Origin: Bacteroidota bacterium | GTDB taxonomy: Bacteria; Bacteroidota; Bacteroidia; UKL13-3 | Length of the DNA stretch: 64,000 bases | NCBI GenBank assembly: GCA_947485745.1 | Contig: CANKQY010000005.1 | Coordinates: 875 to 64,874 of the forward strand | Direction: 5' to 3' | Shown here: in pieces, positions 8,262-18,147 of the stretch | Numbering within the stretch: position 1 is the first letter of the stretch | Layout of the letters: every line of letters starts with the position of its first letter | Made by a program: the position numbers and the translations under genes | Notes under the pieces: generated by a model | Database searches by the model: none | Seen by the model: only the letters and a program-made list of their open reading frames with translations | Told to the model about the DNA's origin: nothing

Positions 8262-10409
8262 TTATTGAACCAAGCTCATTTCACTCACAATATGAGGCGC
8301 ACCGCCCAATTTGTCAATTAAAAACAATACGTAGCGGATATCAACATTGATGGTGCGTTTGTACTTTTCATCAAATACAATATCTCCACTCATGGCCTCC
8401 CAATTGCCATCAAATGCCAATCCAATTAGTCGGCCTTCGCCATCTATAACCGGACTACCAGAGTTACCTCCAGTAATATCATTATTGGTGATAAAGGCTA
8501 CTGGCATTTTACCATCAGTTCTTTTGTAAATACCAAAATCTTTGGCTTTGTATAAATCAAGCAGCTTTTGTGGTGCATTGAATTCAAAATCTTTTGGATT
8601 GTATTTTTCCATAATGCCATCCATCGTGGTCATGTAGTCAAATTTTACAGCATCTTTAGGCTCGTAGGCCTGAACCGATCCGTAAGTTAAACGCAAAGAA
8701 GAATTGGCATCCGGATAGAAAATTTTTGTTGGATTCATCTCCATCAAACCTTTGATATAAGCCCTAGCTTCTGGTCCCATTGCTGCATTAAATGCATCAA
8801 CCTGTGGTTTGTAATTAGTTAAATAATGGTTGTAAAATCCATCAACCATAGCAAAACATGGGTCAGCCATCAATTTCTTGTAACTTGGCGCTTTGCAGAA
8901 TGCCTCAAATTTTTCCTTACTGGCAAAAAAACTTTTGGCATAAACCATTTTAGCATAAGCCCTAAACTTTTCAGTATTATTTGCACCTTTGGATTTAAGG
9001 ATTACCTTCATGCATTCAGGGTGTTGGTCTGCAGGAATATTGTTATAATACATCTCAAGAATTTGAGCCATTATTTTCTCATCTGCACTTGGGAAGAAAG
9101 AAGCGTAAAACTCTTCTCCATTTGCAATAGCCATTTTAACCGACCTATTGGCTGCCGCAGTATCTTTGTTGTCTTTTGCATTGGTAGCATAAGGCATCAT
9201 GCTGCTAGCCATGCTATTCATTGAAATGCCCAATATACCTTCACCTAAGTATGTTCTTTGTAAGGCAATTGGTCTGTAGGATGCATAAGCCTTTTCTACA
9301 TTGGCCAATACATTTTCATATTGTGGTTTGCCTTTTGCAAATTCGTTAAATTTAGCCTCCGATTCTTTTTTAAAATCTACCACTTTCAAACGCTTCAATT
9401 GCTCAGTCTGACCAATAAAATATTTCCAGTAGTTAGCAATTTGCGCATAATCAGCAGATAGTTTTAAACGATCGCCTTCATTCTTATCCATTACTTCTTT
9501 CCAAGCTTTTAAGCGAATATCTCTTAAATTAACAATGGTTGGGTTCACTTTTTCTACTGCCAAATCAATGCCTTGCGAAAACTCATAACGGTTGGTTCTT
9601 CCGGGAAAGCCGTATATCATGGCATAATCACCTTCTTTTATACCTCTGGTGTTTATTGGCAATGAATGCTTTGGTGCAAATGGAACATTGTCTGGGGCAT
9701 AATTTGTGGCCTCATTACTTTTATTGGCATAAATTCTAAACATACTAAAATCACCTGTATGTCTTGGCCACATCCAATTATCTGCATCTCCACCAAATTT
9801 ACCTACAGATTGTGGTGGGGTGCCTACCAAACGGATGTCATTGAATTTCTGAAAAATAAATAAATAATAAGCATTTCCCTTAAACATCTCACGCATTTGG
9901 GCATCATAAGCAGTTCCTTTTTTAGCCTCATCAATTAATTTCTTGTAGATCTCTTGCAATTTAGCCGGACGATCTTTTTCGCTCACGCCTTGTAGTTGGT
10001 TCAAAACGAAATCTGTTTTATCTTCTATTCTTTGAACAATTGACACCCACATGCCAGGGATTGGAATTTCTTCGCCATTATTTTTTGCCCAGAAACCATT
10101 GTCTAATCGATTGTTTTCTGGTGTTGAATTAGCTGCAATTGCTTCGTAACCACAATGGTGGTTTGTTAATACCAATCCTTTTGAAGAGATAATTTCACCT
10201 GTACATCCTCCATTAAACCAAACAATAGCATCTTTCAATGAACTGTTGTTTACATCATACAATTGCTCTGGAGTAAGTTTAAGCCCTTTGGCTTTCATTT
10301 CTTCATAATTGTACTTTTTTAGTAACAAAGGAATCCACATTCCCTCATCTGCTTTTGCACCTGAACCCAATAAAATAATCGCTGTCAGGGTGTAAAGAAT
10401 TTTTTTCAT
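8262..10409 (-). CDS. S46 family peptidase (dipeptidyl-peptidase 7/11-like)
   Basis: The signal peptide MKKILYTLTAIILLGSGAKA is followed by DEGMWIP. The catalytic His region is GLVLTNHHCGY and the Ser region is GGNSGSPVIDGEGRLIGLAFDGNWE. The start is moved to the internal ATG at 10409, because the track start at 10454 adds 15 non-signal residues. Confidence 0.9.
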   Translation of the reverse strand: MKKILYTLTAIILLGSGAKADEGMWIPLLLKKYNYEEMKAKGLKLTPEQLYDVNNSSLKDAIVWFNGGCTGEIISSKGLVLTNHHCGYEAIAANSTPENNRLDNGFWAKNNGEEIPIPGMWVSIVQRIEDKTDFVLNQLQGVSEKDRPAKLQEIYKKLIDEAKKGTAYDAQMREMFKGNAYYLFIFQKFNDIRLVGTPPQSVGKFGGDADNWMWPRHTGDFSMFRIYANKSNEATNYAPDNVPFAPKHSLPINTRGIKEGDYAMIYGFPGRTNRYEFSQGIDLAVEKVNPTIVNLRDIRLKAWKEVMDKNEGDRLKLSADYAQIANYWKYFIGQTEQLKRLKVVDFKKESEAKFNEFAKGKPQYENVLANVEKAYASYRPIALQRTYLGEGILGISMNSMASSMMPYATNAKDNKDTAAANRSVKMAIANGEEFYASFFPSADEKIMAQILEMYYNNIPADQHPECMKVILKSKGANNTEKFRAYAKMVYAKSFFASKEKFEAFCKAPSYKKLMADPCFAMVDGFYNHYLTNYKPQVDAFNAAMGPEARAYIKGLMEMNPTKIFYPDANSSLRLTYGSVQAYEPKDAVKFDYMTTMDGIMEKYNPKDFEFNAPQKLLDLYKAKDFGIYKRTDGKMPVAFITNNDITGGNSGSPVIDGEGRLIGLAFDGNWEAMSGDIVFDEKYKRTINVDIRYVLFLIDKLGGAPHIVSEMSLVQ

Positions 10410-10552
10410 GTATTTTTTCTTTTTGTGTGCTGCAAAGTAAAAACAATTGACCATATCACCATTATTTTTTGATAAATGGTAGCTCCCTTAATAATTAGTT
10501 TATAATTTCATAACATAGAAATTGGATTTTGAAGCTTATAATTGTAAAAATT

Positions 10553-11956
10553 ATGTTTGGATTAGACACCTCACTCACTGTATTACTAGTGCTTTGTTTG
10601 CTTGCAGCAGCAGCCTTTGAGTTTATCAATGGGTTTCATGATACGGCAAACGCGGTGGCCACCGTTATTTATACCAACTCGCTAAAACCTTGGGCTGCCG
10701 TTATTTGGAGTGGTATTTGGAATGCCATTGGTGTTTTTGCTGGAGGTATTGCAGTGGCAATGGGTATAACCAATTTATTGCCTACTGAATTGCTGCTCGA
10801 TACAAATATTTATCACAATATTGCCCTAATAATGTCTCTGTTGATTACAGCAATTGTTTGGAACCTAGGTACTTGGTATTTTGGAATCCCTTGTTCTAGC
10901 TCTCATACTTTAATTGGTTCAATCATTGGTGTAGGTATTGCTTTTGCTTTTATTTCGCCAGAGGGTGGCGTTAATTTTGTTAACTGGGGTAAAGCAGGAG
11001 AAATTGGACTTTCACTATTACTTTCTCCGTTATTAGGATTTAGTTTAGCCATTTTGTTAATGTATATTCTTAGACAGGTAGTTGTTTCAAAAGTAATTTT
11101 TAAAGAACCTTCTGCAAATACGCCTCCTCCTTTTTGGATCCGCTTAATTTTATTACTTACCTGCACTGGCGTTAGTTTCTCGCATGGTTCAAATGATGGG
11201 CAAAAGGGTGTTGGGCTAGTGATGTTAATACTCATTGCCATTGTTCCTGGTTATTTTACTTTGAACCTAGATAAAAATACAACAGATATCAGAGATCAAG
11301 TTGTAGAAGTAAAAGCCTTATTCTCCAAAATTGATATCAAAGAATTAAATCAAGATGAAATGTTTCAATACAACAAAGCAACCAGTAATATTGCCCATTT
11401 TGATTCATTGCTATCAACTGGCGGTGCAATAGGAAACTTTGATAACTACCAAAAAGCAGCCCTTAGGAAAGACCTAGTGCTAATGGGTAAATCTACTAAA
11501 ACTTTACTAGCCAGTAAAAATTTGAGTCTGAGCTATAGCAGCAAACAAAAACTCAAAAAATCGGTTGAAGAAATTAAGAGTGTAACAGAATATGCGCCAT
11601 TTTGGGTGATTGTGATGATTTCTTTAAGTCTTGGATTAGGCACAATGATTGGTTGGAAACGAATTGTTACCACTATTGGTGAGAAAATTGGTAAGCAACA
11701 CCTCACCTACGCACAAGGTGCCAGTGCAGAATTAGTTGCAGCTTCAACCATTGGTTTTTCTACTTGGTTGGGATTGCCTGTAAGTACCACTCACGTATTA
11801 TCTTCAGGTGTTGCGGGCGCAATGGTAGCCTCAAAAGGTATCAAAAACTTGCAAACCAAAACCATTAAAACCATAGCGTTGGCATGGTTGCTCACTTTGC
11901 CTGTGTCTATAATAATGTCAGGTTTATTATTTCTCCTTTTTAGGTGGATAGTGTAA
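10553..11956 (+). CDS. pitA: Inorganic phosphate transporter, PiT/PHO4 family
   Basis: The N-terminus MFGLDTSLTVLLVLCLLAAAAFEFINGFHDTANAVATVIYT matches the PitA signature GFHDTANA. A second repeat reads PVSTTHVLSSGVAGAM, and there is a large central hydrophilic loop. The track start at 10529 is a TTG, so the ATG at 10553 is preferred. Confidence 0.9.
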   Translation: MFGLDTSLTVLLVLCLLAAAAFEFINGFHDTANAVATVIYTNSLKPWAAVIWSGIWNAIGVFAGGIAVAMGITNLLPTELLLDTNIYHNIALIMSLLITAIVWNLGTWYFGIPCSSSHTLIGSIIGVGIAFAFISPEGGVNFVNWGKAGEIGLSLLLSPLLGFSLAILLMYILRQVVVSKVIFKEPSANTPPPFWIRLILLLTCTGVSFSHGSNDGQKGVGLVMLILIAIVPGYFTLNLDKNTTDIRDQVVEVKALFSKIDIKELNQDEMFQYNKATSNIAHFDSLLSTGGAIGNFDNYQKAALRKDLVLMGKSTKTLLASKNLSLSYSSKQKLKKSVEEIKSVTEYAPFWVIVMISLSLGLGTMIGWKRIVTTIGEKIGKQHLTYAQGASAELVAASTIGFSTWLGLPVSTTHVLSSGVAGAMVASKGIKNLQTKTIKTIALAWLLTLPVSIIMSGLLFLLFRWIV

Positions 11957-13102
11957 TTATTCTCTTTTCAATTCGCCATTTTCAAAATACAAAATATTCA
12001 AAATTGAATTTTGAATACTTTTCCCTTCAGGCTTTATTTTAAAAAGATAATTATTGGTTAAAGGCCTATTCATTGGCTCCTTAGTAATGGCAGATAAATT
12101 GCCATGGTTTTTCATTAAAATATTCAAAAAATATAGGCCTTGCTCATAGCCAATGACTGCATATTCTTGCGGATCGGCAAAAAATCGCTCCCTATATTTT
12201 TCAATAAAAAAAGTGCAGTTTGGACCCTTAAAATCCAAGAAATAAGGTGAAATAAGTTTTACTTTCGCTGCCTCACACAAACCAATATTTAGGGTGTTAA
12301 ACTCCAGCCATTTTCTGGTGCCGTATACCTGAATATTTATAAAATGGTTCGAGTCATTCAAATATTTTAAAGTAGTGCCTACCGAAAATTCATTTTCGCA
12401 AGCCACCACAATATGATTAGACCTAGTAATTTTATACTGGTCTTTTAACTCAGTATATTTACTTACGTCTATACTCTTAATGGTAAAATTAGGATACTTA
12501 CTTTTTAAAGCCAAAATTCTATTAGCTAAAATCTTGTCGTTGCTCTCCTTACCTACAACCACTAATACATTGGCATTTTCATCTCCCTTGTTTTTGATGT
12601 TCTCCAAAATAAAATCACCATAGTACGACAAGTCTGGATAGGCCGAAATCAAATAAGGATTCTCAATCTTACTCTTGGTTAAAGTTAGGAAGGGTGAAAC
12701 ATGGTATTTGTTGTTCTTATTACAAAAATCTACCATCATTTCATTGCCTTCTTTTAATACCGGACCAATAATTAAATCAGAGTTCAATACTTCTTTTTTT
12801 GCCAAAATTTTCATGAAAACATTGGTATCCCTTTTGGTATCATAAACCCTAACTTCAATAGGAATATCAGCTTTTTTAAAGCTATCCATGGCTATTGAAA
12901 ATCCTTCGTAATATTGCCTACAAGCATTGCCAATGGGAGCGTTCTTGGCTTTTGGGTCATCCAAAATTTGCCTACTGCAAAATGGCATGATCAAGGATAC
13001 CTGATACTTCTGCTCAAATAGCTCCTTTATTTTGTTCTGACCCAAAACAAGCTGGTTGGCGCCAATAAACAGAAATAAGATTAGTAGGATTTTTCGTAAC
13101 AT
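11957..13102 (-). CDS. Exported type-I periplasmic-binding-fold protein (Leu/Ile/Val-binding-like), orphan
   Basis: The signal peptide is MLRKILLILFLFIGANQLVLG. Length and alternating alpha/beta pattern are consistent with a Peripla_BP_6-like fold. No ABC permease or ATPase lies nearby. The start is moved to the ATG at 13102, 1 nt after the guaA stop. Confidence 0.45.
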   Translation of the reverse strand: MLRKILLILFLFIGANQLVLGQNKIKELFEQKYQVSLIMPFCSRQILDDPKAKNAPIGNACRQYYEGFSIAMDSFKKADIPIEVRVYDTKRDTNVFMKILAKKEVLNSDLIIGPVLKEGNEMMVDFCNKNNKYHVSPFLTLTKSKIENPYLISAYPDLSYYGDFILENIKNKGDENANVLVVVGKESNDKILANRILALKSKYPNFTIKSIDVSKYTELKDQYKITRSNHIVVACENEFSVGTTLKYLNDSNHFINIQVYGTRKWLEFNTLNIGLCEAAKVKLISPYFLDFKGPNCTFFIEKYRERFFADPQEYAVIGYEQGLYFLNILMKNHGNLSAITKEPMNRPLTNNYLFKIKPEGKSIQNSILNILYFENGELKRE

Positions 13103-13103
13103 A

Positions 13104-14630
13104 TTATTCCCATTCAATGGTTGCTGGTGGCTTACTACTTATATCGTAAACTACTCTATTGATTCCTTTTACTTCATTGATAATTCTGTTGGATACCAAT
13201 CCCAAAAATTCATGAGGCAAGTGGCAAAAATCAGCAGTCATACCATCTACCGAAGTTACAGCCCTTAAGCAAATTACATTTTCATAAGTACGCTCATCAC
13301 CCATCACACCAACCGATTGTATTGGTAAGAATATAGCACCTGCTTGCCACACATTATTGTAATGGCCTTTGTCTTTTAGTTCACTGATAAAAATATGATC
13401 TGCATCTTGTAAAATCCTAACTTTTTCTTCGGTAATTTCTCCTAGGATTCTAATGGCCAAACCCGGACCAGGAAAAGGATGGCGGTTTAAGATAATGGCT
13501 TCCATGCCCAAGGCTGTCCCCACATTCCTTACCTCATCTTTAAACAACATTCTCAAAGGTTCAACTATTTTCAGCTTCATGTTCTCTGGCAAACCACCTA
13601 CATTGTGGTGCGATTTAATAGTAGCCGATGGTCCTTTTACACTCACACTTTCTATTACATCAGGGTATATGGTTCCTTGTGCCAACCATTTGGTGTTTTC
13701 AACCTTATTGGCTTCATCATCAAATACCTCAATAAATACGCGGCCAATGGCTTTGCGCTTTTGCTCTGGATCGCTGATACCTGCCAAAGCATCTAAAAAT
13801 TTCTTCTTTGCATCTATTCCTATAACGTTTATGCCCATATTCCTGTATGCATGCAATACTTGAGCAAATTCGTCTTTTCGCAAAAGGCCATTGTCAATAA
13901 AAATACCTGTAAGGTTTGAACCAATTGCCTCTTTTAATAACATAGCTGCTACTGATGAATCTACGCCGCCAGATAATCCTAAAATAACCTTGTCGTTGGC
14001 CAATTTACTTTTTAAATCGGCAGTAGTATTCTCAATAAAATGTGTTGGCGTCCAATCTTGGTTCAAACCGGCCACCTTGCTAATAAAATTATATAACAAT
14101 GTTTTACCATCTGCACTGTGCGTTACCTCCGGATGAAATTGAATGGCATAGGTTTCTTCGTCCTTTATTTTAAAGGCTGCCACTTTCACACTTTCGGTAC
14201 TCGCTATAATTTCAAAATTCTCTGGTATGTCTTGTATGGTGTCGCCGTGACTCATCCAAACAACGCTATCTATTGGGATTTCCGCCATTAATGGAGATGT
14301 ACGAACCGCTTTTAAATTGGCTCTTCCGTATTCCCTAATTTTACTTGGTACCACAAAACCGCCATTTTGCTTGGCCAATAGTTGTGCGCCATAACAAACG
14401 CCTAATAAAGGTAATTTTCCTCGGTATAAACTCAAATCAACATCGGGCAAAATGCCATCGTTCACTGAATATGGACTACCACTTAGGATAACAGCTTTGG
14501 TTGCTGGGTCTAAGGCTGGAATATGTGTACAAGGGTGAATTTCAGAATAAACATTGAGTTCACGTAGGCGACGGGCAATTAATTGGGTATATTGCGACCC
14601 AAAATCAATAATGAGGACTTTTTCTTCCAT
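13104..14630 (-). CDS. guaA: GMP synthase (glutamine-hydrolysing)
   Basis: 508 aa. The GATase domain has [20 protein letters not shown] and [11 protein letters not shown]. The ATP-PPase P-loop is [13 protein letters not shown]. The C-terminal end is KPPATIEWE. Confidence 0.97.
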   Translation of the reverse strand: MEEKVLIIDFGSQYTQLIARRLRELNVYSEIHPCTHIPALDPATKAVILSGSPYSVNDGILPDVDLSLYRGKLPLLGVCYGAQLLAKQNGGFVVPSKIREYGRANLKAVRTSPLMAEIPIDSVVWMSHGDTIQDIPENFEIIASTESVKVAAFKIKDEETYAIQFHPEVTHSADGKTLLYNFISKVAGLNQDWTPTHFIENTTADLKSKLANDKVILGLSGGVDSSVAAMLLKEAIGSNLTGIFIDNGLLRKDEFAQVLHAYRNMGINVIGIDAKKKFLDALAGISDPEQKRKAIGRVFIEVFDDEANKVENTKWLAQGTIYPDVIESVSVKGPSATIKSHHNVGGLPENMKLKIVEPLRMLFKDEVRNVGTALGMEAIILNRHPFPGPGLAIRILGEITEEKVRILQDADHIFISELKDKGHYNNVWQAGAIFLPIQSVGVMGDERTYENVICLRAVTSVDGMTADFCHLPHEFLGLVSNRIINEVKGINRVVYDISSKPPATIEWE

Positions 14631-14684
14631 AATGTGTGGCGAATTTCATTATTTTTTGGCAGATTTTAGAGAGAGAGTTAAATT

Positions 14685-15701
14685 ATGTTGAAATTAATTA
14701 GCATTTCAGATTACTTAAAATTGTCTGAACCTACTATTTTGCTAGATGCAAGGAGCGAAGGGGAGTTTGAACAAGGCCATATTCCCGGCGCAATTTCTTT
14801 TTCAATTCTAAATAATGAAGAAAGAAAATTGGTGGGTACTTGCTACAAACAACAAGGTCACCAAGCAGCAGTAGTTTTGGGTTATGAGCTGGTAGGACCA
14901 AAATTTAAGCAGTTTGTGACTCATGCTTATCAAAATTTTGTTGGTCAAGAAATATACATCCACTGCTGGCGCGGAGGTTTAAGGAGCCAAATTATGAGTA
15001 ATTTACTTAGCTCGGCTGGATTTAAAGTTCATTTGATACGAGGTGGATATAAAACGTTTAGGCAGGAAGTATTGAACTTTTTGGCCAACGATTTTGAATT
15101 TGAAGTATTAGGTGGATTAACTGGATCCGGGAAAACCTATGTATTGGATGAATTAGAGAATAGGGGAGCTCAAGTACTAAACATCGAAAAATTGGCTAAC
15201 CACAAAGGATCTGCATTTGGATCCTTGGGTCAAAATCCACAACCAACCCAAGAGTATTTTGAAAATTTGTGTTTTGAGGTTTTACGAAAATTCAATTTCG
15301 AGAATCCTATTTGGGTGGAGGATGAAAGCCGATTAATTGGGAAACTGCAAGTTCCAACTCAAATATACCAAGGAATACGAAATAGTTTTGTTTATTTTCT
15401 TGAATATTCTTTTGATGATAGGCTTGAGCACATACTAAAGGATTACGGCTGTTTTGATAAAAACCTTTTAATTGAACGAACCAAACAAATTAAAAAACGA
15501 ATGGGTGATTTAGTGAATAGAACTGCCATTGACGCTCTTGAAATTGGTGATTTAAGAGCTTGGGCAGAAATAGTTTTAAGTCATTACGACAAACAGTATA
15601 GGTATGGGTTCGGCTTACGTAAACCTGAAAGCAGTAAAGACATTACACTTAAAAATGACGAACTAATTAACGAGTTACTAGGTGTAAAAAAAGAAGCATA
15701 A
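14685..15701 (+). CDS. selU: tRNA 2-selenouridine synthase
   Basis: 338 aa. The N-terminal rhodanese domain has the active-site loop HCWRGGLRS, followed by the P-loop GGLTGSGKT. This is the architecture typical of SelU/MnmH. Confidence 0.85.
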   Translation: MLKLISISDYLKLSEPTILLDARSEGEFEQGHIPGAISFSILNNEERKLVGTCYKQQGHQAAVVLGYELVGPKFKQFVTHAYQNFVGQEIYIHCWRGGLRSQIMSNLLSSAGFKVHLIRGGYKTFRQEVLNFLANDFEFEVLGGLTGSGKTYVLDELENRGAQVLNIEKLANHKGSAFGSLGQNPQPTQEYFENLCFEVLRKFNFENPIWVEDESRLIGKLQVPTQIYQGIRNSFVYFLEYSFDDRLEHILKDYGCFDKNLLIERTKQIKKRMGDLVNRTAIDALEIGDLRAWAEIVLSHYDKQYRYGFGLRKPESSKDITLKNDELINELLGVKKEA

Positions 15702-15793
15702 AAAAAGATGGTACTAAAATGAATGCCATTCCTTGCCAATTATTTGGTAAAAACTCTTACTACCTTTTTCCATACAAATAGCGCGAATATGTT

Positions 15794-15801
15794 TATTTTT
15801 G
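15794..15801 (+). promoter_or_regulatory. Bacteroidota-type -7 promoter box (TAnnTTTG)
   Basis: TATTTTTG lies 24 nt upstream of the ATG at 15826. It overlaps the TTG start proposed by the ORF track (15799), which argues for the ATG as the true start. Confidence 0.4.
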
Positions 15802-15825
15802 CAGAAAATATTTAATTACCACACC

Positions 15826-17031
15826 ATGGCAGGAACAGAATTTTTTGGATCAGAAGAAAAAAAAGAAATCAATGATGTAGTCGAAACAGGCATTTTGTTT
15901 AGATTTAACCACGATGCTCAAAGAAATAATATTTGGAAGGCACGCGAATTTGAATCAGAGGTTGCTAAATTAGTTGGTGCAAAATATGCACATGCAGTAA
16001 CTAGCGGTAGTACTGCTGTTTTATGCGCCCTAGCAGCTGCTGGTATTGGTGCTGGCGATGAAGTGATAGTTCCTCCTTTTACCTATATAGCCTCTGTTGA
16101 AGCAGTTATTTTTGCAGGTGCATTGCCTGTTTTTGCAGAAATAGATGAAACCTTATGCCTGAGTGCTGAGGGTATCAAAAAAGCATTAACCCCTAAAACA
16201 AAAGCCATTCTTTTGGTTCATATGTGCGGTCAAATGGCCCAAATGGACGAGATCATGGCCCTAGTTAAAGAACACAATTTAATATTGGTTGAAGATGCTG
16301 GTCAGGCCATGGCCGCCAGTTACAAAGGTGTATCAACCGGTTTATTTGGGGTAACAGGTTGCTATAGTTTCGATTTCTTTAAAATTGCAACAGCTGGTGA
16401 AGGTGGAGTAATGGTAACAAACAGTGAAGCGGCCTATAAATTGGCAGATTGTTTCTCAGATCATGGTCACGATCATATTGGCAATAACCGTGGAATGGAA
16501 AACCATCCGGTGCTTGGTTTCAATTACCGCATCTCTGAATTACATGCAGCAGTTGGCTTGGCTCAAACACGCAGAGTGCCTATGATTCGCACCTTAAACA
16601 ACCAACACAAGAAAACAATGATGACCGAATTAAGCAAAATACCTGGTGTTAGTTTTGCTACTATTCCTGATCCTAATGGCGATTCTGCCACCTTCTTAAA
16701 TATCCTCTTACCAAACACCGCAGCTGCCATGCGTGCTGTTGATGAGTTTAACAAAAATGGCGTTGCTGGCTTCAACTATTGGTTCACCAATATGTACCAT
16801 TTTATTAATCAATGGAACCACATTAAAGAAGGTAAAGTTGCCGCTAAAACAAATGTTCAATTATTAGGTGCGCCGCAAGATTATATAAACATGGAGTTAC
16901 CAAAAACCCAAGAAACAATAGGTAGGTTAATTTCGTTTGGTATCAAAGCAAGTTGGACAGAAGCAGAGTTGAATGAATTATTAGCTAAAATTAGTAATAG
17001 TATCCAAGCTGCTTTGGTTCAAACCGCTTAA
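15826..17031 (+). CDS. DegT/DnrJ/EryC1/StrS-family PLP-dependent sugar aminotransferase (KdnA-like candidate)
   Basis: It has TSGSTAVLCALAAAGIGAGDEVIVPPFTYIASVEA, the PLP-lysine motif YSFDFFKIATAGEGGVMVTN, and FNYRISELHAAVGLAQ. It is the first gene of the Kdo island. Confidence 0.85.
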   Translation: MAGTEFFGSEEKKEINDVVETGILFRFNHDAQRNNIWKAREFESEVAKLVGAKYAHAVTSGSTAVLCALAAAGIGAGDEVIVPPFTYIASVEAVIFAGALPVFAEIDETLCLSAEGIKKALTPKTKAILLVHMCGQMAQMDEIMALVKEHNLILVEDAGQAMAASYKGVSTGLFGVTGCYSFDFFKIATAGEGGVMVTNSEAAYKLADCFSDHGHDHIGNNRGMENHPVLGFNYRISELHAAVGLAQTRRVPMIRTLNNQHKKTMMTELSKIPGVSFATIPDPNGDSATFLNILLPNTAAAMRAVDEFNKNGVAGFNYWFTNMYHFINQWNHIKEGKVAAKTNVQLLGAPQDYINMELPKTQETIGRLISFGIKASWTEAELNELLAKISNSIQAALVQTA

Positions 17032-17042
17032 AAATTATAATA

Positions 17043-18125
17043 ATGAGTCATAAGAATTTTAAATCAATAGAGAAAACTGTTTTTGGAAGAGGTAGCTTTA
17101 ACCAACTTGCAGAAATTGTTGAACCCCAAAGATCACTTAATAATAAGTACTTTGTTTATATTGTAGACAACTATTTTAAAGGTAAAGAACTTGAATCTAG
17201 GTTGCAGCAAAAGCCCGAAGACACCATTTACTTTATTGATGTAGATCCGCATGAACCAACCACCGAACAAATAGACCAATTGCGCGATGAAATTTTGGCT
17301 CAAAAAGGATTGCCTGCCGGCTTAATTGGTATTGGTGGTGGCAGTATAATGGATATTGCCAAAGCCTTAGCCCTCATGCTTTGTAATGAAGGTCCATCTC
17401 AACAATACCAAGGTTTGAACCTAATAAAAAAGCCAGGTGTGTATCATTTAGGTGTGCCTACAATATCTGGTACTGGCGCAGAATGCAGCATGACCGCCGT
17501 ATTAACTGGTCCTGAGAAAAAGCTGGGTTTAAAATGCGATTGGACCATTTTTGACCAGGTTATTTTAGACTCAGAATTAACCAAAACGGTACCCGTTGAT
17601 AAGTGGTTTTATACAGGCATGGATACATTTATTCATTGCATTGAAAGCAGAGATGGTATTTTAAATAATGCATACAGCATGGCTTATGGTGAGCAATCAT
17701 TGAAGCTTTGTAAAGATATTTACTTAAGTGATAATGCTGGCCAATCTCCAGAAAACGACGATAAATTAATGGTGGCTTCTTTAATGGGCGGCTTGAGCCT
17801 AACCTATTCTGAGGTGGGTGTTTGCCATGCATTAAGTTATGGCTTGAGCAAAATTTTTGGAGAAAAACATTGTTATGCAAATTGCTTAGCCTTTCAACAC
17901 TTAGGCGATTTTTATCCAGAAGGAGTGAAGGAATTTAAAACCATGCTAGCAAAACACAACATTACCTTGCCTACTGGTTTAAGTGCCAATTGGACCGATG
18001 CTGAAATTACTGCAATGGCACATGTAGCCTATAACTTGCCGCATATGTGGAATCATGCCTTGGGTGCAGATTGGAAAGAAAAAATGACCGTAGAACGCAT
18101 AGAAGGATTGTTTAGGAGGTTATAG
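17043..18125 (+). CDS. Group-III (iron-containing) alcohol dehydrogenase family protein (KdnB-like candidate)
   Basis: 360 aa. The glycine motif GIGGGSIMDIAKALA is Fe-ADH type, not the DHQ-synthase GGGVxGD type. Candidate metal-ligand His residues occur in FIHCIESRDG and VCHALSYGL. The gap to the aminotransferase is 11 nt. Confidence 0.8.
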   Translation: MSHKNFKSIEKTVFGRGSFNQLAEIVEPQRSLNNKYFVYIVDNYFKGKELESRLQQKPEDTIYFIDVDPHEPTTEQIDQLRDEILAQKGLPAGLIGIGGGSIMDIAKALALMLCNEGPSQQYQGLNLIKKPGVYHLGVPTISGTGAECSMTAVLTGPEKKLGLKCDWTIFDQVILDSELTKTVPVDKWFYTGMDTFIHCIESRDGILNNAYSMAYGEQSLKLCKDIYLSDNAGQSPENDDKLMVASLMGGLSLTYSEVGVCHALSYGLSKIFGEKHCYANCLAFQHLGDFYPEGVKEFKTMLAKHNITLPTGLSANWTDAEITAMAHVAYNLPHMWNHALGADWKEKMTVERIEGLFRRL

Positions 18126-18147
18126 TAAAATACAATAAATTTGATTT

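Noticed and set aside
13453-13863. 136-aa + strand ORF, and similar long antisense ORFs (8826-9224, 10903-11241, 34205-34600, 20405-20761, 63609-63905)
   Set aside because: Each is fully embedded antisense in a confidently identified gene (guaA, S46 peptidase, pitA, phoH, the aldolase-CBS fusion, sufD). None has a family resemblance. They are typical shadow ORFs.
15799-17031. N-terminally extended starts given by the ORF track (15799, 10454, 10529, 13117, 27481, 27605, 42485, 53755, 55217, 57042, 58525, 39237, 39171)
   Set aside because: The longest-ORF starts use TTG/GTG or upstream ATGs. They add residues ahead of clear signal peptides or homolog N-termini, and in two cases they run over a TAnnTTTG box. 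Internal starts are preferred, as listed in the features.
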